Assembly (NCBI GenBank): GCA_009859145.1
Contig: VRVR01000024.1
Location: forward strand, 265,408-329,407
Direction: 5' to 3'
Source: Andalucia godoyi And28
Lineage: Eukaryota > Protista > Jakobida
DNA: 64,000 nt
The notes under the pieces are model-generated. The model had not been told where the DNA came from. It worked only from the letters and a program-made list of their open reading frames with translations, and did not search any database. The position numbers and the translations under genes are program-made. Below are positions 29,729 to 40,544 of this stretch, piece by piece (position 1 is the stretch's first letter; every line of letters begins with the position of its first letter).

Positions 29729-32700
29729 CTATGCACGGTCCGCAAAGGCCACATAGGACGCAGATGAACCACTTCCAGAAATGTCCGCGGCACCAGCACG
29801 GGCAGTTTTCTTGGCCTTGCGCATTACAAAAACGACGGCACCACCAACAGCAAGTACAAAGACAACAACAATGGGAACCACGATGGCCACAACATTCGGC
29901 TTGTCACTTGATCCGCCGCCACCACCTCCACCAGAATCTGCAGCAACTGCAAACACGCCGTAGTATGAGAATCCAGTCAATGTCACTCGGTACATCCACT
30001 GATACTGGGAATTGGGATCGAACTCCTTGGCATTTCTTAACTCGGGCGTGGTCGTTGTATACATCCATTGACTATTCGTCAGCGGAAGGCGCAGCACCTT
30101 GAAGAGGTAGGGGATATCGGCAGCCACGACACCTGCTGGAACATTGAACGGAATGTCAATCGTTGAATTTGCCATCTGTGAAGTGGAAAACACCAATCCA
30201 TGAGGATACAGCCCAAGCAACGGAGAGGAAAGAGTCTGAATGAGAAGGCCGTTCAATGATCCTGGGGGAGATGGCAGCGTAGTTCCATTGACCATGGGAA
30301 GCTGCGTCGGCGTCGACGAAAGAGGAAGGGCGGTTGCCATCTGGATCGCTTGGTTCGTGACTCCCTGAATGGATCCCGGTGGGATTCTCAGGAACACACC
30401 AATGTTGTTGGACAGCGCGACTCCGGATGAACTCTGATAGTTGGCAGACACACAGCCCGCACCGGCAGTGCCACAGGACGCCATCTGGAAAATACCAAGA
30501 CCACATTCGTCTAACGGAGTTGACATTCCAGCAGTCACAAACGTAATACAAATGCTGTCGAGAACATCATTGTTAAACACGTTCGGCACCGCAATCACCG
30601 CAGAGCCGGTGCCATAGTGCAATGAAGAGGATGTGTCAAACACAGAGCCCAGGGAGACAATGAACGAACTGCGGAACGTTGATTCGGCAGACGAAGAGCT
30701 CGGGGCTACATTTGCAAGTTTGGTCTGCGAAAATCTTCGGAATCCGATCAAAACAGGCTGTTCTTGCGTGATTCCCATTTGCGCATTGACTGGCCAAGTG
30801 ACCGTGACGAATTGTCCGGGAGAGAAGACTCGAGAGGTCGGAGACCAAAGGAACGTAAACTGGAGAGAAGTGACCTCAACGGATACCGTCTGCAAGACAG
30901 GATCGCTCGTCAGCGCATAAAGTCCAGTGGAAGGCACATACGAAACACAGAAATACAATCGAGACGGCCCGATAGGCACCTGGGGAGTGAAGAAGCTCGA
31001 GAATCCATTTCCTTGCTTCAGACTCGCGAGAGTACCAACGCAAGACGGCTGCGAGACTGGCAGCACAACAATTGGAAACGCAGAATTCATTGTAGTAGCT
31101 GAGAACGAGTATGAAATGCCCGCAAAGACCTTGTTTGGCTGTATGGCCGTCAAATAGGATGAAGTCATTGTTGGAGGTGTTACCGATGCAACTACATTGA
31201 TCAAAATAGGAGCGCCAGACGCAGATCGAACAGGAGCATGGTGCATACGACCATGCGAATACTCCACGAAGCGGAAAGTGTAGAGATCAGTAAAGAAGGA
31301 ACGCACGCACATCATATAGGAGCCCGTAGCCGTGAAGGCGAATTTGAACGCATTGTCGAGAACAGTGTCCGCGCCATTGAAAATACCAAACGGACCCTGC
31401 GGCATCGAGCATGAAGACGTGGATGGCACAAAGTAGAAACTGAAGATATCACCGAAAACATCATCATTTGCCTTCAAAGAGAAATACGTCATGTCATTCA
31501 CAAACACCGTTGTCGGGGAAATCATATTGAACGTTTCGTTCGAAAGCAGGCGAGTCATCACAGAAAACCGGGAAGATCTTGTTCCGGTTGCTGAAGGATC
31601 CTCGCACTCTTCCTGGATTTGCGCACCCAATGCAGAGCCAGGAGCAATAAACGGAACTTCCGGACTCGTCGAGATGAACGTGCTCAGCGAAAAGAGTGAA
31701 GTAATGTCAACGGCACGCGCACGAAGAGTGAGGGCGACAGACGACAATTCATTCAAACTAGGCAACAATGCGAAATCCCTGGAGACATAGTGCACTCGAG
31801 ACTGTGCCCACGCACAGCCAAAGCCTGTCAACACCGGGTCCACCAACGCGAATTGAGCACCGCGCGATGTTGTTGTGTACTTTGCACCATTGAAGCCCAT
31901 CAAGGAGCGTGTTGGCAGATTTCCGCCATAGACCCAGGAAGAGTACACACGGGACGTATAAAATGCATCAGCGCACGATAACCGCACACGAAATGCATAA
32001 ACACGAGAGGGATTCAGCTGGGGAACAACAACCACAAACTTGGATTGCGAAGGATTAGACGCTTGATAGGGCACTGTTGTCCATGTCAAAGCAGACAACG
32101 GCTGCTTGGGAACACCATCAAAACCGAGGGAGTTGAAGTTCAAGGAGAATCGCAAGATTTCGTCCAACACGCCAACTTCCGCATATTGCACCTCCAATTT
32201 CTCAAGATTCGTGTAGATCGCAAGGTTCGGGCAAGTAAGAGTCGCAGTCGCAAGAACATTCACACTGAAGCCGATCGACATTCTGGTCGCGTACTGCACA
32301 TTTGTGGAAATCTTCGGAGCACCAGGTACAACTGCTGGGATATTGATGCTCATAGGATTCCACTTGGACGACGACCCGTCAGTGCACACAACACGAAACC
32401 GCAGAGGAGCCGTGATGGAGGACTGCGACGTAGCCTGTGTGTTGATGACGGAAAACGTCAACGCAGAATACACCGTCATGAAGCACGAACTACCGTTGAA
32501 GATGCCAAGCATCGGACGAACATCCGTATTATCCAGATACAGTGGGGCTTCGGAGGAAGATGGCGAAACACTGCACAGCGACGCAGTGACGTCGCTCCAG
32601 GATCCTGTAGCCTTCTGGGTCTGGGTTTCAATGAACGCCACAGATGCACCTGCAGCACACATTGCATTCGTGTTGGCGGAAAGCGTTGCGTATGGTCCAG

Positions 32701-34363
32701 AAACAACGCTGTTGATTGTGGGAGCAGCAGATAAGGCGACAGTGGCATACTGCGGAGATACTTTCCAGGGAACAATGTCGTACAAGAAAGAGAAGTCACC
32801 AGCGACTGCAAGACGCAAGTCCGACTCTGCAAACATGCACGGAACCCATGCAGACGCTGACGAGAAGCTCACATACGGGTTGTACACGGAACCGGCAACA
32901 CCTCCAGTCAACGATGAGACTACGTACATTGAATTTTGCAAGGACATGTTCACAACGTTACTGCAGGACGAATACAATGTCTGGTCATAATAGAAGAACG
33001 AGAAGCGCAAGTCCGACAGATCCGAAAGCGAGTAGAACTGAATGGATTGCGTGTAGCCAACAACCTTCTGCTGAATAAAAGCGTTCAGCGAATTCCCAGT
33101 CGATCCGGTCTTTGATGATCCAGAAGCATACGTGGAAAGCACCTTCTTGACGAGGTCAGAGGTGACGATCGGATTCGTCGGCAGGCTGACAAGAGTGAAG
33201 AGCCCCGACAAGTCATTGTACGTCGTCACAGAATGCGAATCTGAAGGATTTGAGTCCCATTGCGAACCCGCAGTACCGCACATCGTGTAAGCCGAAATGG
33301 TGTACATGGTATTGACTTGAAGCCCTTTTGCGTCGCAATTAACGACGGAGCGCGGAACGCTCGAGGTTGCTGCAAGAGAACTGCAAGCGAAGGTCATCTG
33401 CACTTGGGGCGCATTGGCCGGAGACACGACAATTTTGTACCCTTCGGACAACGACGTGAAAACATTGCATCCCGCAAACGGTGCAAAATATTGCAAGCGA
33501 ATGGATCGAGTTCCTTTCTGTAGAACAGTTGGGAATTCAGGAGGACGCGTCTTTGTCTGCGGATACGTATCTGCGGGATCTCGCAACTCGGTACGGGAAG
33601 CTGCGAAGCCGTGCTCCGAGGTCTGCGAATCATTAGAGCATACCAAGCGAACTCGGATGAAATACGGCTGCGACGGCGCCAATCCCATAGAGACGTTGAA
33701 CCTGGTGATCGTAGAGGCCAAAGGATTGGAGACGTTCAATACGTTGTAGAAAACGGGCGCCGGGGAGATGAAATGGTCATACGTCAGATACAACGTATCT
33801 GTAGGAGCAACTTGAACGTGATAGTACATTGACGTGGACGCAGGACTAAGTTTTTCGCACGTCCACGACGGCCTTGTCACCTGCAGGTACATCCATCCTT
33901 CACCGAGCACATCGGTAAAGGTGACAGTCGGACGTGTCGCTCGCATCGGAACGACAATCAGCAAGTTCGCGTACACGTACGGAGAGGTGAATGCGGCTGA
34001 GGAATTCGTGCACGTCGCCTGCAGCCGGATGTTGACAATCGACGGCGTAGCAGGATTCAGCCACTGAGAAGGTGCAGGAAGCTCCGCATATCCAGGATAC
34101 CACTGATTGAGTGCATTTCCGAGGTTGGCCCAGGTTGATTCGGCGTACCCATCGTACTTCCACGCAACGATCCAAGACTGGAACACGCCGTTGAGTGTCG
34201 TACACTGGACAGGAGAAGGATCCCAGTTGAGAATCGCGTAGGTTCCTTCAATGTGCAGCGACGCGTTGAACGATGCAGCTGGTGCAAGCGCAGAGCAGCT
34301 GGAGATCAAACACAGCGACCCAGCAAACAACAGCAAAGCGCTGAAGAGAGAATGGCCATACAT
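29729..34363 (-). CDS. Large type I membrane protein: signal peptide, FN3-like repeats, membrane-proximal ZU5-like domain, TM helix, short basic tail
   Basis: MYGHSLFSALLLFAGSLCLISSCSA signal peptide. FN3 hallmarks ILNWDP, QPYFIRVRLVC, LQVNTMYTISAYT and LNPSRVYAFRVRL. LRIPPGSI...LYPHGLVF, then TM VVAIVVPIVVVFVLAVGGAVVFVM-RKAKK. Confidence 0.8.
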   Translation of the reverse strand: MYGHSLFSALLLFAGSLCLISSCSALAPAASFNASLHIEGTYAILNWDPSPVQCTTLNGVFQSWIVAWKYDGYAESTWANLGNALNQWYPGYAELPAPSQWLNPATPSIVNIRLQATCTNSSAAFTSPYVYANLLIVVPMRATRPTVTFTDVLGEGWMYLQVTRPSWTCEKLSPASTSMYYHVQVAPTDTLYLTYDHFISPAPVFYNVLNVSNPLASTITRFNVSMGLAPSQPYFIRVRLVCSNDSQTSEHGFAASRTELRDPADTYPQTKTRPPEFPTVLQKGTRSIRLQYFAPFAGCNVFTSLSEGYKIVVSPANAPQVQMTFACSSLAATSSVPRSVVNCDAKGLQVNTMYTISAYTMCGTAGSQWDSNPSDSHSVTTYNDLSGLFTLVSLPTNPIVTSDLVKKVLSTYASGSSKTGSTGNSLNAFIQQKVVGYTQSIQFYSLSDLSDLRFSFFYYDQTLYSSCSNVVNMSLQNSMYVVSSLTGGVAGSVYNPYVSFSSASAWVPCMFAESDLRLAVAGDFSFLYDIVPWKVSPQYATVALSAAPTINSVVSGPYATLSANTNAMCAAGASVAFIETQTQKATGSWSDVTASLCSVSPSSSEAPLYLDNTDVRPMLGIFNGSSCFMTVYSALTFSVINTQATSQSSITAPLRFRVVCTDGSSSKWNPMSINIPAVVPGAPKISTNVQYATRMSIGFSVNVLATATLTCPNLAIYTNLEKLEVQYAEVGVLDEILRFSLNFNSLGFDGVPKQPLSALTWTTVPYQASNPSQSKFVVVVPQLNPSRVYAFRVRLSCADAFYTSRVYSSWVYGGNLPTRSLMGFNGAKYTTTSRGAQFALVDPVLTGFGCAWAQSRVHYVSRDFALLPSLNELSSVALTLRARAVDITSLFSLSTFISTSPEVPFIAPGSALGAQIQEECEDPSATGTRSSRFSVMTRLLSNETFNMISPTTVFVNDMTYFSLKANDDVFGDIFSFYFVPSTSSCSMPQGPFGIFNGADTVLDNAFKFAFTATGSYMMCVRSFFTDLYTFRFVEYSHGRMHHAPVRSASGAPILINVVASVTPPTMTSSYLTAIQPNKVFAGISYSFSATTMNSAFPIVVLPVSQPSCVGTLASLKQGNGFSSFFTPQVPIGPSRLYFCVSYVPSTGLYALTSDPVLQTVSVEVTSLQFTFLWSPTSRVFSPGQFVTVTWPVNAQMGITQEQPVLIGFRRFSQTKLANVAPSSSSAESTFRSSFIVSLGSVFDTSSSLHYGTGSAVIAVPNVFNNDVLDSICITFVTAGMSTPLDECGLGIFQMASCGTAGAGCVSANYQSSSGVALSNNIGVFLRIPPGSIQGVTNQAIQMATALPLSSTPTQLPMVNGTTLPSPPGSLNGLLIQTLSSPLLGLYPHGLVFSTSQMANSTIDIPFNVPAGVVAADIPYLFKVLRLPLTNSQWMYTTTTPELRNAKEFDPNSQYQWMYRVTLTGFSYYGVFAVAADSGGGGGGGSSDKPNVVAIVVPIVVVFVLAVGGAVVFVMRKAKKTARAGAADISGSGSSASYVAFADRA

Positions 34364-34955
34364 GGGTTCACAGACGAGAGAAACTGTTTTGGAAGAGAAA
34401 GAAAAGATAAGAAGCAGAGGGAGAAAAAATGGATTTGTAAATAAAAGAATGTAAAAAGGAAAGGAGAGAAGAATAAAACAAGAATAAAAAACATAAAATA
34501 ATACTAAAATGGAAAAGCGGACGAGGAAGGGAATGCAGCAGAAAGAGGAAGAGAAATGGTGGAGAATTCCTTTTGAAATGTCGGAGATGTGCTTTTTGCA
34601 CGGTTCTGCGAACAAAGCGGGCCTATACTATTATTATTATACTATTATTTATTGAAATTTTTCTTTAAATAGCTGAAAGGCAGTACAACAGGTACAGCAT
34701 GAAGAATAGGGCTACTGCACGACCGCTGCCACTTGTTGCGATTGCGATATGGTGAAGCAATCGAAAGCGCACGAAAACAAAGAACACTGCCACGCGCCAT
34801 GCGCATGCTTTTGCAGTCTTAAGCAACTCCGTCACACGATGCCCGATCCGTTTCGCTCCCATTTTGATCATGAAATCCTTATATAAATACGCCGCCGCGT
34901 TGCATTCTCGCACATCGACGCTCATTTCTTATTTTTATTGTCCATGCAACGCGCC

Positions 34956-35268
34956 ATGTACGTCACGCCCGCAACGCTCGCTGCGCAAGACCTGTGACAT
35001 CTCCACCGCCGCCAGGAACGATTCGCGGCATCCACGCCGGCTCCCATCGCATGTACTGCCTCGCAGACATCGAACACGCCATCACCACCTGCTTCGTTGC
35101 CCGCCACAACGGACAGCGCAGCGCCGAAAACAGACGCAAAAGATGCTTCGTGCATTTATCGGCTGTGTCTGTCTGCCGACAAACTGTCGTCGAAGATCGC
35201 CAAGGTGCTTTGTTGCCCATCGTGCAAATGCCAATGGATCGCGGGTTAATGGACTATCCAGCTTTGGC
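34956..35268 (+). pseudogene. Degenerate IS607-family serine recombinase (TnpA) gene, multiply frameshifted
   Basis: Colinear motifs across frames: MYVTPAT / LRKTCDISTAA / GTIRGIHAGSHRMYCLADIEHAI (MerR-like HTH, cf. GKIRxIRTPGGHRRYxxxDI), CIY / AVSVCRQTVVEDRQGALL (cf. YARVSSxKQxxDLxRQ), and FVAHR...LSSFG (cf. VAHRDRLxRFG). TATATAAATA at 34880-34889 upstream. Confidence 0.6.
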
Positions 35269-35363
35269 GGGACGAGAGGGAATGACGGGTTTTTACTTAA
35301 ACGAACAGAATTTCATGGTCCGTGATCCGCGTTCACCAAAGATTCAAGTCGAACAACCGCGGA

Positions 35364-38300
35364 TCAGGCGACGCTGGCCGCATCAGGAATCAGCGATGCC
35401 AAAATCGAACCAAGTTCGGGACAGTTTGCATTAAAGACCTGGAGAAATCTAGATTGGAGTTGTTTTTCCGTGGGGAATGGCATTTGCAAGGAGACCCATT
35501 TCAAACGCAGAACCGGAGGATAACTGTCAAGAAGACGACCAAGGTTGGAGAGCAAGTTCGTCGACACATGGCTCAGCAAACAGACATCGTCTTCTCTTGT
35601 CCAGCAAGACGGAAAGTCCGCGGACAGACTCACTGGACGAAGTACATGTACTCCATTGGAAAGGGAAGCAAACTGCATTTGCTGAATTCCGCGAAGCACT
35701 ATGCAAGCGACAAGAGCGCTCGCCGCATGGTGCTCCAGTGATGCTGTGACTCGGGGATCTTTGCAGCCCGGCGGCACGTCCGTCGTTAGAATCTGCGACG
35801 CTACTAATCGAGCAAATGGCAACGTTGACAGATCTGGAAGATGATCGGCGCCTGGAAGTGAAGAAACATCTGTCCCGGAGTCTGGGGGTCGAACGGTCGA
35901 ACTGGATATTGCCCATATTTCTATTTTAAGGCTGTCATATCCAGGCACTGCGATGCGAAACAAGCCCGAAAGGCACTCCCAAACATTTCCGTCACCCACA
36001 GCAGTCCTCTGTCTCCTGACGAGCTTACCTTCTTTCGAATCTGTGTTAATGTACAGGCATCGAACAGGAATTCCGGTAGCAAGACATTTGACCACAACGA
36101 ACATGTCCTCCCGCTGCATGGTCGACAACGACTGCGGATCTCCGATCAAGTCCTGCACCACTTCAACATAGCACGCTGTGCTTTGCACGGGCGATGCAAA
36201 CGCTTGAGAAATGTCGGTGCCCGGCCACGATACCAATTGTACCAGCCATTTTTCAGAGAGATGCGCAGGAAGCGCACGAGGATTCCGCAGAGCAAGGGCT
36301 TCTAAATCCGCGCAAAATTGTGTCAAGAATGGATCTCTGAGGATACGAGAAATCGCAGGAGAGGAAGTGCCAACGGCAGTCGGAAAACAACGACGGTGAC
36401 ACAGCTGCAAGACGAGCTCGCAAAGTGAAAACACGAGGTCCCAAACAAAAATAGAATCTTTCTCAAAGTGATTCCACATTCCTACTGAAAGAACAAACTT
36501 GACGAAATCACCATAGTACTTCGTCGTGCGGTTGAGTAGATTCAAAGGAAGAGGAGCTAACGGAACGCTTCGGAAGGTTTCGAGGATGTTCACATACACG
36601 ATTGGGTCTGGGAACACGACGCCATTCAGCAGACATTCATCCACCTCCTGAAATCCGTGGTCGGCAACCCACGGTAACGAAGACAGGACAATCGAGGACC
36701 GCTGGGGGCGTTGCAGCTCGGCGTCAGTGGAGGCAGAAGTGTCCGCTTCCGTACCTTCCAACATTACTGCAGAGAATTTCTTCCGAGAAGCCCGTTCTTT
36801 TCTAGAGGCAACTATATCTTTGTAAGCACTTTCCAACGCACGCAGTTCCAGTTCACTCATCCATCTCTGATGCGCTTCTTGATCAAAGATTGATTCAAGA
36901 AACGTCTCTAATTTCAATCGATTCTTCAGCAATCTTGAGGAACTGGACGCAGCAGATGACGCCGAAGGCTGCAGCAGCAAGGTTTCGACGCACTGAAGCA
37001 GTACAGAAACCCATTTCCTGAAATCTCGCACGTGGTCCAGGACAACTCCTGGGGAGTCTGACTGCAAATACTCCTCAATAGTTTTGTACTGCGCTATCAC
37101 CGAATCTGGATCATCAACAGCGGAAGAAAAGTATGATTGCCAAAATTGAGGTTGATCTACATCCAGTTTCGAAGCATTGGCGTTTTCTGAACGATCTTTG
37201 GAATCCTCGTCAACGCTTTCTGCAGGAATGAACGACGCTCGCGCCAACGTGTTCCTTCCTTTGGATGTGCTGGACTCGTCTTGAACTCGTACGATTCTCG
37301 CAGATTTTGATATCAAATCGTCCACGCTGACAGACTCTTGGATGGTCTGTTCGCTCGCTGAATCCTTTAAAATTGCGAAAACACCATGACGAAGGAGCTT
37401 CTCCATGAAGCCTGATCTGTTACGGGAATTCGAAAGATCCGAATTACCCGATTCTTCTGCAGACGACGAGGACGAGCTGCTCATGACAACGGATTCCAGG
37501 CCCAACTTTTGGGTCGCAACCTTCAGCATATACTCTTCGTATGTGTCCTTTGTCACAAGCCGGTATACCGATACAGGTCGCGATTGACCGATGCGATGTG
37601 CACGAGCTTGGGCTTGCAGATCATTCTGCGGATTCCAATCGGAATCGTAAATGACGACGTTGCACGACGAAGTGAGTGTGATGCCAAGTCCACCGGCCCG
37701 GGTAGAAAGCAGAAACACGAAAGGAACAGTCTGGTCCGGAAGCCCATCCGCATTCAAGGGGATTTCCACAGACTCCTGAAACTGGTCGATGGCAGCTTGG
37801 CGATCTGCACGGTTTGTGTTTCCATCCAGCCGAACGCACGCATACTTTTTCCAATTCAAGTAATCTTCAATGATATCAAGCACTGCCGTCATCTGAGAGA
37901 ATACCAAAACCTTTTGGCGCATTCCAAGCATTTTGGACAGGAATTTGTCGAGAAACTGCATTTTCCCGCAAGACTTGACAAGCATCTCGTTGCGCGCCTC
38001 TGTGTCCGATTCTGCAATATTCTTGCACAGATCCGCTTCGCATCCTTGGATCAGGTAAGGATGGTTGCACACTTTTCGAAGTTGCATATAAATATTGTTC
38101 AGGACTCCAGAGGGGCCGGCACCACCTCCGGCGCCAACGCGGATCAAAAAATCCTTATTCTTGTCATAAACTGCTTTGTAGTACACTTTTTGAAGCTTCG
38201 TCAATTCCACCTGAATTAACACTTCTTCTTTCGTTGCAATTGTCTGATCTACGTCATATTTGTACCGGCGAATCACATACGGGCGCAGAATATCCTGCAA

Positions 38301-39800
38301 CTTTTCAAGATTCTCAACGCTGCTAATGTCTCCGACCTCTTCAAAAAACGCTGCCTCATTCGGAAAGTGAGCTCCGTCCACGAACGTCAACAGCGAAAAT
38401 AGTTCATTGAGGTTGTTCTGCAACGGCGTTCCTGTGAGCAAAATGCGGGGCTTCACATGTCTGAACAAGGACGACATTGCCATATGGATTTTCGTGCTCA
38501 ACGACTTTAATCGGTGAGCCTCGTCAACAATCAAAAGTTTCCACGGAACTTTTCGGAACACGGCAGGGTCGCGGATGACTGTCTCGTATGTTGTGATGAG
38601 GATGTCAAATTTGGGAACAGGGTCTCGCTTCCTCCGCTCGCAATTATGCCAAATTTCATGAGTCAGCATGAACGCTCGATCTTCTTGTGATCCGTAATAC
38701 ACAATCGCCTTCAAATCAGGAATCGCTCTACGGCACTCTCTTTCCCAATGCGTCAGGGTAACCAACGGCGCCACAACAACAAACGGCCCGAAACAGCCAA
38801 AAGACCGGGCCAATTCATGAAAGACTGCAATAATCTGCAACGTCTTCCCGAGTCCCATTTCGTCTGCGAGGACCGAATTTCGGCCCTGACTCCAGTTGTA
38901 CAACATGAAATTCAGCCCCTCCAACTGGTAATCATAAAGCTGAAGTCCCGAGCCCAGCTCAGGAGATTTGCTCAGCAGTGAGAACTTCTTGCGGCCGTAT
39001 CCGGGAAACTTTTGTGCAGCGGCAGAAGAGGAGAACTGTTGCTCGTGCCTCCTAATCCAGTTTTCAAAAGAACGGATGCTTTGTCCTCCAGAGGGAAAAT
39101 CGCAGACGTCGCGAACATTCATCCAGCTGGACTGCGTTCTGTCCATTCCGGTAAATCGAACCAGACACTGGTACCTGACAGCCCGACTTCTCTCGTGTGT
39201 GAGCTTCTCGAGGAAGTCTGTCGCAGACCCCTTGTAAGAACATGGGCACGGATCCATGGAAATGACGTACTCCACGTCTTCAGGAGCTGGAGATGAGGCA
39301 GCATCGTGGTCGTTGGGGTCGTCGGCATCAATCACCGACCTCTTTGTTCTGCTGTCCGACTGTGAATCGTCGGAAATGAGGCTCGTCACCGCAGTCGAGA
39401 TATTTTCTTTTGTCGTTTCCTTCTCACCGCGAGCCAAAGTATCCGTCAGATTTTCTACAGTTTTCTCCAATGAAACGCGATCCCCGATCTCTGGAACAGG
39501 CGAGGCAGAAGAGGCGTGATCGCGAGAATGCATCTGCAAAGGAGATTCTACTTCGACGGCCTTTTCTAATACTACTTGTCTACTCTGACGGTTTTCATCA
39601 GTAGTGGGATTCTCAGATGCGCTGGATATCTCCTCTTGCGGCTTCTCAAAGCGTCCGACTTTGCTACTTGGAGTTTGGCTCTCAAAATCCAAAGGCAGAC
39701 TTCGCTTAGATGGCGAATTCACAGAATTCCGTGATTCATGAGATTCTGTTTCGATCATCTGTCCTCTAGTCTCCGTACTGGGAGCCACAGAGCTGTTCAT
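35364..39800 (-). CDS. CHD-family SNF2 chromatin remodeller (CHD6-9-like), paralogue 1
   Basis: Chromodomain (YQCLVRFTGMDRTQSSW), LADEMGLGKT, IVDEAHRLK, LLTGTPLQNN, QLRKVCNHPYL, FLLSTRAGGLGI, DSDWNPQNDLQAQARAHRIGQ. ATG at 39800. Confidence 0.92.
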   Translation of the reverse strand: MNSSVAPSTETRGQMIETESHESRNSVNSPSKRSLPLDFESQTPSSKVGRFEKPQEEISSASENPTTDENRQSRQVVLEKAVEVESPLQMHSRDHASSASPVPEIGDRVSLEKTVENLTDTLARGEKETTKENISTAVTSLISDDSQSDSRTKRSVIDADDPNDHDAASSPAPEDVEYVISMDPCPCSYKGSATDFLEKLTHERSRAVRYQCLVRFTGMDRTQSSWMNVRDVCDFPSGGQSIRSFENWIRRHEQQFSSSAAAQKFPGYGRKKFSLLSKSPELGSGLQLYDYQLEGLNFMLYNWSQGRNSVLADEMGLGKTLQIIAVFHELARSFGCFGPFVVVAPLVTLTHWERECRRAIPDLKAIVYYGSQEDRAFMLTHEIWHNCERRKRDPVPKFDILITTYETVIRDPAVFRKVPWKLLIVDEAHRLKSLSTKIHMAMSSLFRHVKPRILLTGTPLQNNLNELFSLLTFVDGAHFPNEAAFFEEVGDISSVENLEKLQDILRPYVIRRYKYDVDQTIATKEEVLIQVELTKLQKVYYKAVYDKNKDFLIRVGAGGGAGPSGVLNNIYMQLRKVCNHPYLIQGCEADLCKNIAESDTEARNEMLVKSCGKMQFLDKFLSKMLGMRQKVLVFSQMTAVLDIIEDYLNWKKYACVRLDGNTNRADRQAAIDQFQESVEIPLNADGLPDQTVPFVFLLSTRAGGLGITLTSSCNVVIYDSDWNPQNDLQAQARAHRIGQSRPVSVYRLVTKDTYEEYMLKVATQKLGLESVVMSSSSSSSAEESGNSDLSNSRNRSGFMEKLLRHGVFAILKDSASEQTIQESVSVDDLISKSARIVRVQDESSTSKGRNTLARASFIPAESVDEDSKDRSENANASKLDVDQPQFWQSYFSSAVDDPDSVIAQYKTIEEYLQSDSPGVVLDHVRDFRKWVSVLLQCVETLLLQPSASSAASSSSRLLKNRLKLETFLESIFDQEAHQRWMSELELRALESAYKDIVASRKERASRKKFSAVMLEGTEADTSASTDAELQRPQRSSIVLSSLPWVADHGFQEVDECLLNGVVFPDPIVYVNILETFRSVPLAPLPLNLLNRTTKYYGDFVKFVLSVGMWNHFEKDSIFVWDLVFSLCELVLQLCHRRCFPTAVGTSSPAISRILRDPFLTQFCADLEALALRNPRALPAHLSEKWLVQLVSWPGTDISQAFASPVQSTACYVEVVQDLIGDPQSLSTMQREDMFVVVKCLATGIPVRCLYINTDSKEGKLVRRQRTAVGDGNVWECLSGLFRIAVPGYDSLKIEIWAISSSTVRPPDSGTDVSSLPGADHLPDLSTLPFARLVASQILTTDVPPGCKDPRVTASLEHHAASALVACIVLRGIQQMQFASLSNGVHVLRPVSLSADFPSCWTREDDVCLLSHVSTNLLSNLGRLLDSYPPVLRLKWVSLQMPFPTEKQLQSRFLQVFNANCPELGSILASLIPDAASVA

Positions 39801-40544
39801 CTTCGTCAGTTTCGCTGATAGCACGCCAAGCAAAAATACACACGTAATCCAGCTCGTGTTATAAAAAGTGAAATTCCAGAAGCGATACTGGCTTGGGGGG
39901 ATCTGGCGGGAATTTTGCAAAAAACCTTTTTTTAAATTTTTACAGTCGTCTGGAAAAGGCGGGTTTCGGAAAAGGAAGGGGATAATTCTGCGATTAATTG
40001 ATCAATATCATGTTGGGCTTTTGGGACATGCAAATGGTCGACACTGAGTTCTTTTCACACACGAACCTGTATGCCGTGGGACACTCACTCCCTCACTGGC
40101 TTGCTTGTGTTCAGATCGACATTCTGCGAAAACAGCCGCATCCCGAGATGCATCAGACAGATTGCTACTTTGAAAATCCGACGTTTCTCCCAAAAAATAA
40201 ATAAATAAATAAATACATAAAATAGTAATAATAAAAAGAAGCTATTTTGCAGAACGATCGTCAGCAGTTACGGGTTCGAACAGTTATTCGGTTTCCGCTA
40301 CAGAAACAACAAAGCAGTTTGCATGAACCTACCGTTTCGCCAGACCTCACGAGTTCAGCAGCAGCAGCTGTACGCATTGCGGCGGGAAAGGATCGAAAGA
40401 CGAGCGCGCGCCGAAAAAACCTCAAAAAAAAAAAAGCCAGAATATCGGGAAAACCTCCCGATATCTGGTATCTTTACAAAGAGTGGATTGGTGCATTCGT
40501 TGTTCTTATTTCGTTGCGGTTCTTTTACTTTGTGCAGCGATTTC

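Noticed and set aside
34665-34925. Minus-strand ORF with a SAM-like snippet (KMGAKRIGHRVTELLK), and a plus-strand Cys-rich reading TCCDCDMVK...HCHAPC resembling a TnpB zinc ribbon
   Set aside because: Both are short, lack flanking family motifs (no DRD motif after the Cys cluster), and the Cys cluster lies upstream of the TnpA relic, the wrong order for IS607.
39998-40204. 68-aa ORF between the CHD and PARP genes
   Set aside because: It has a non-ATG start, no recognisable motif, and lies in a divergent promoter region.
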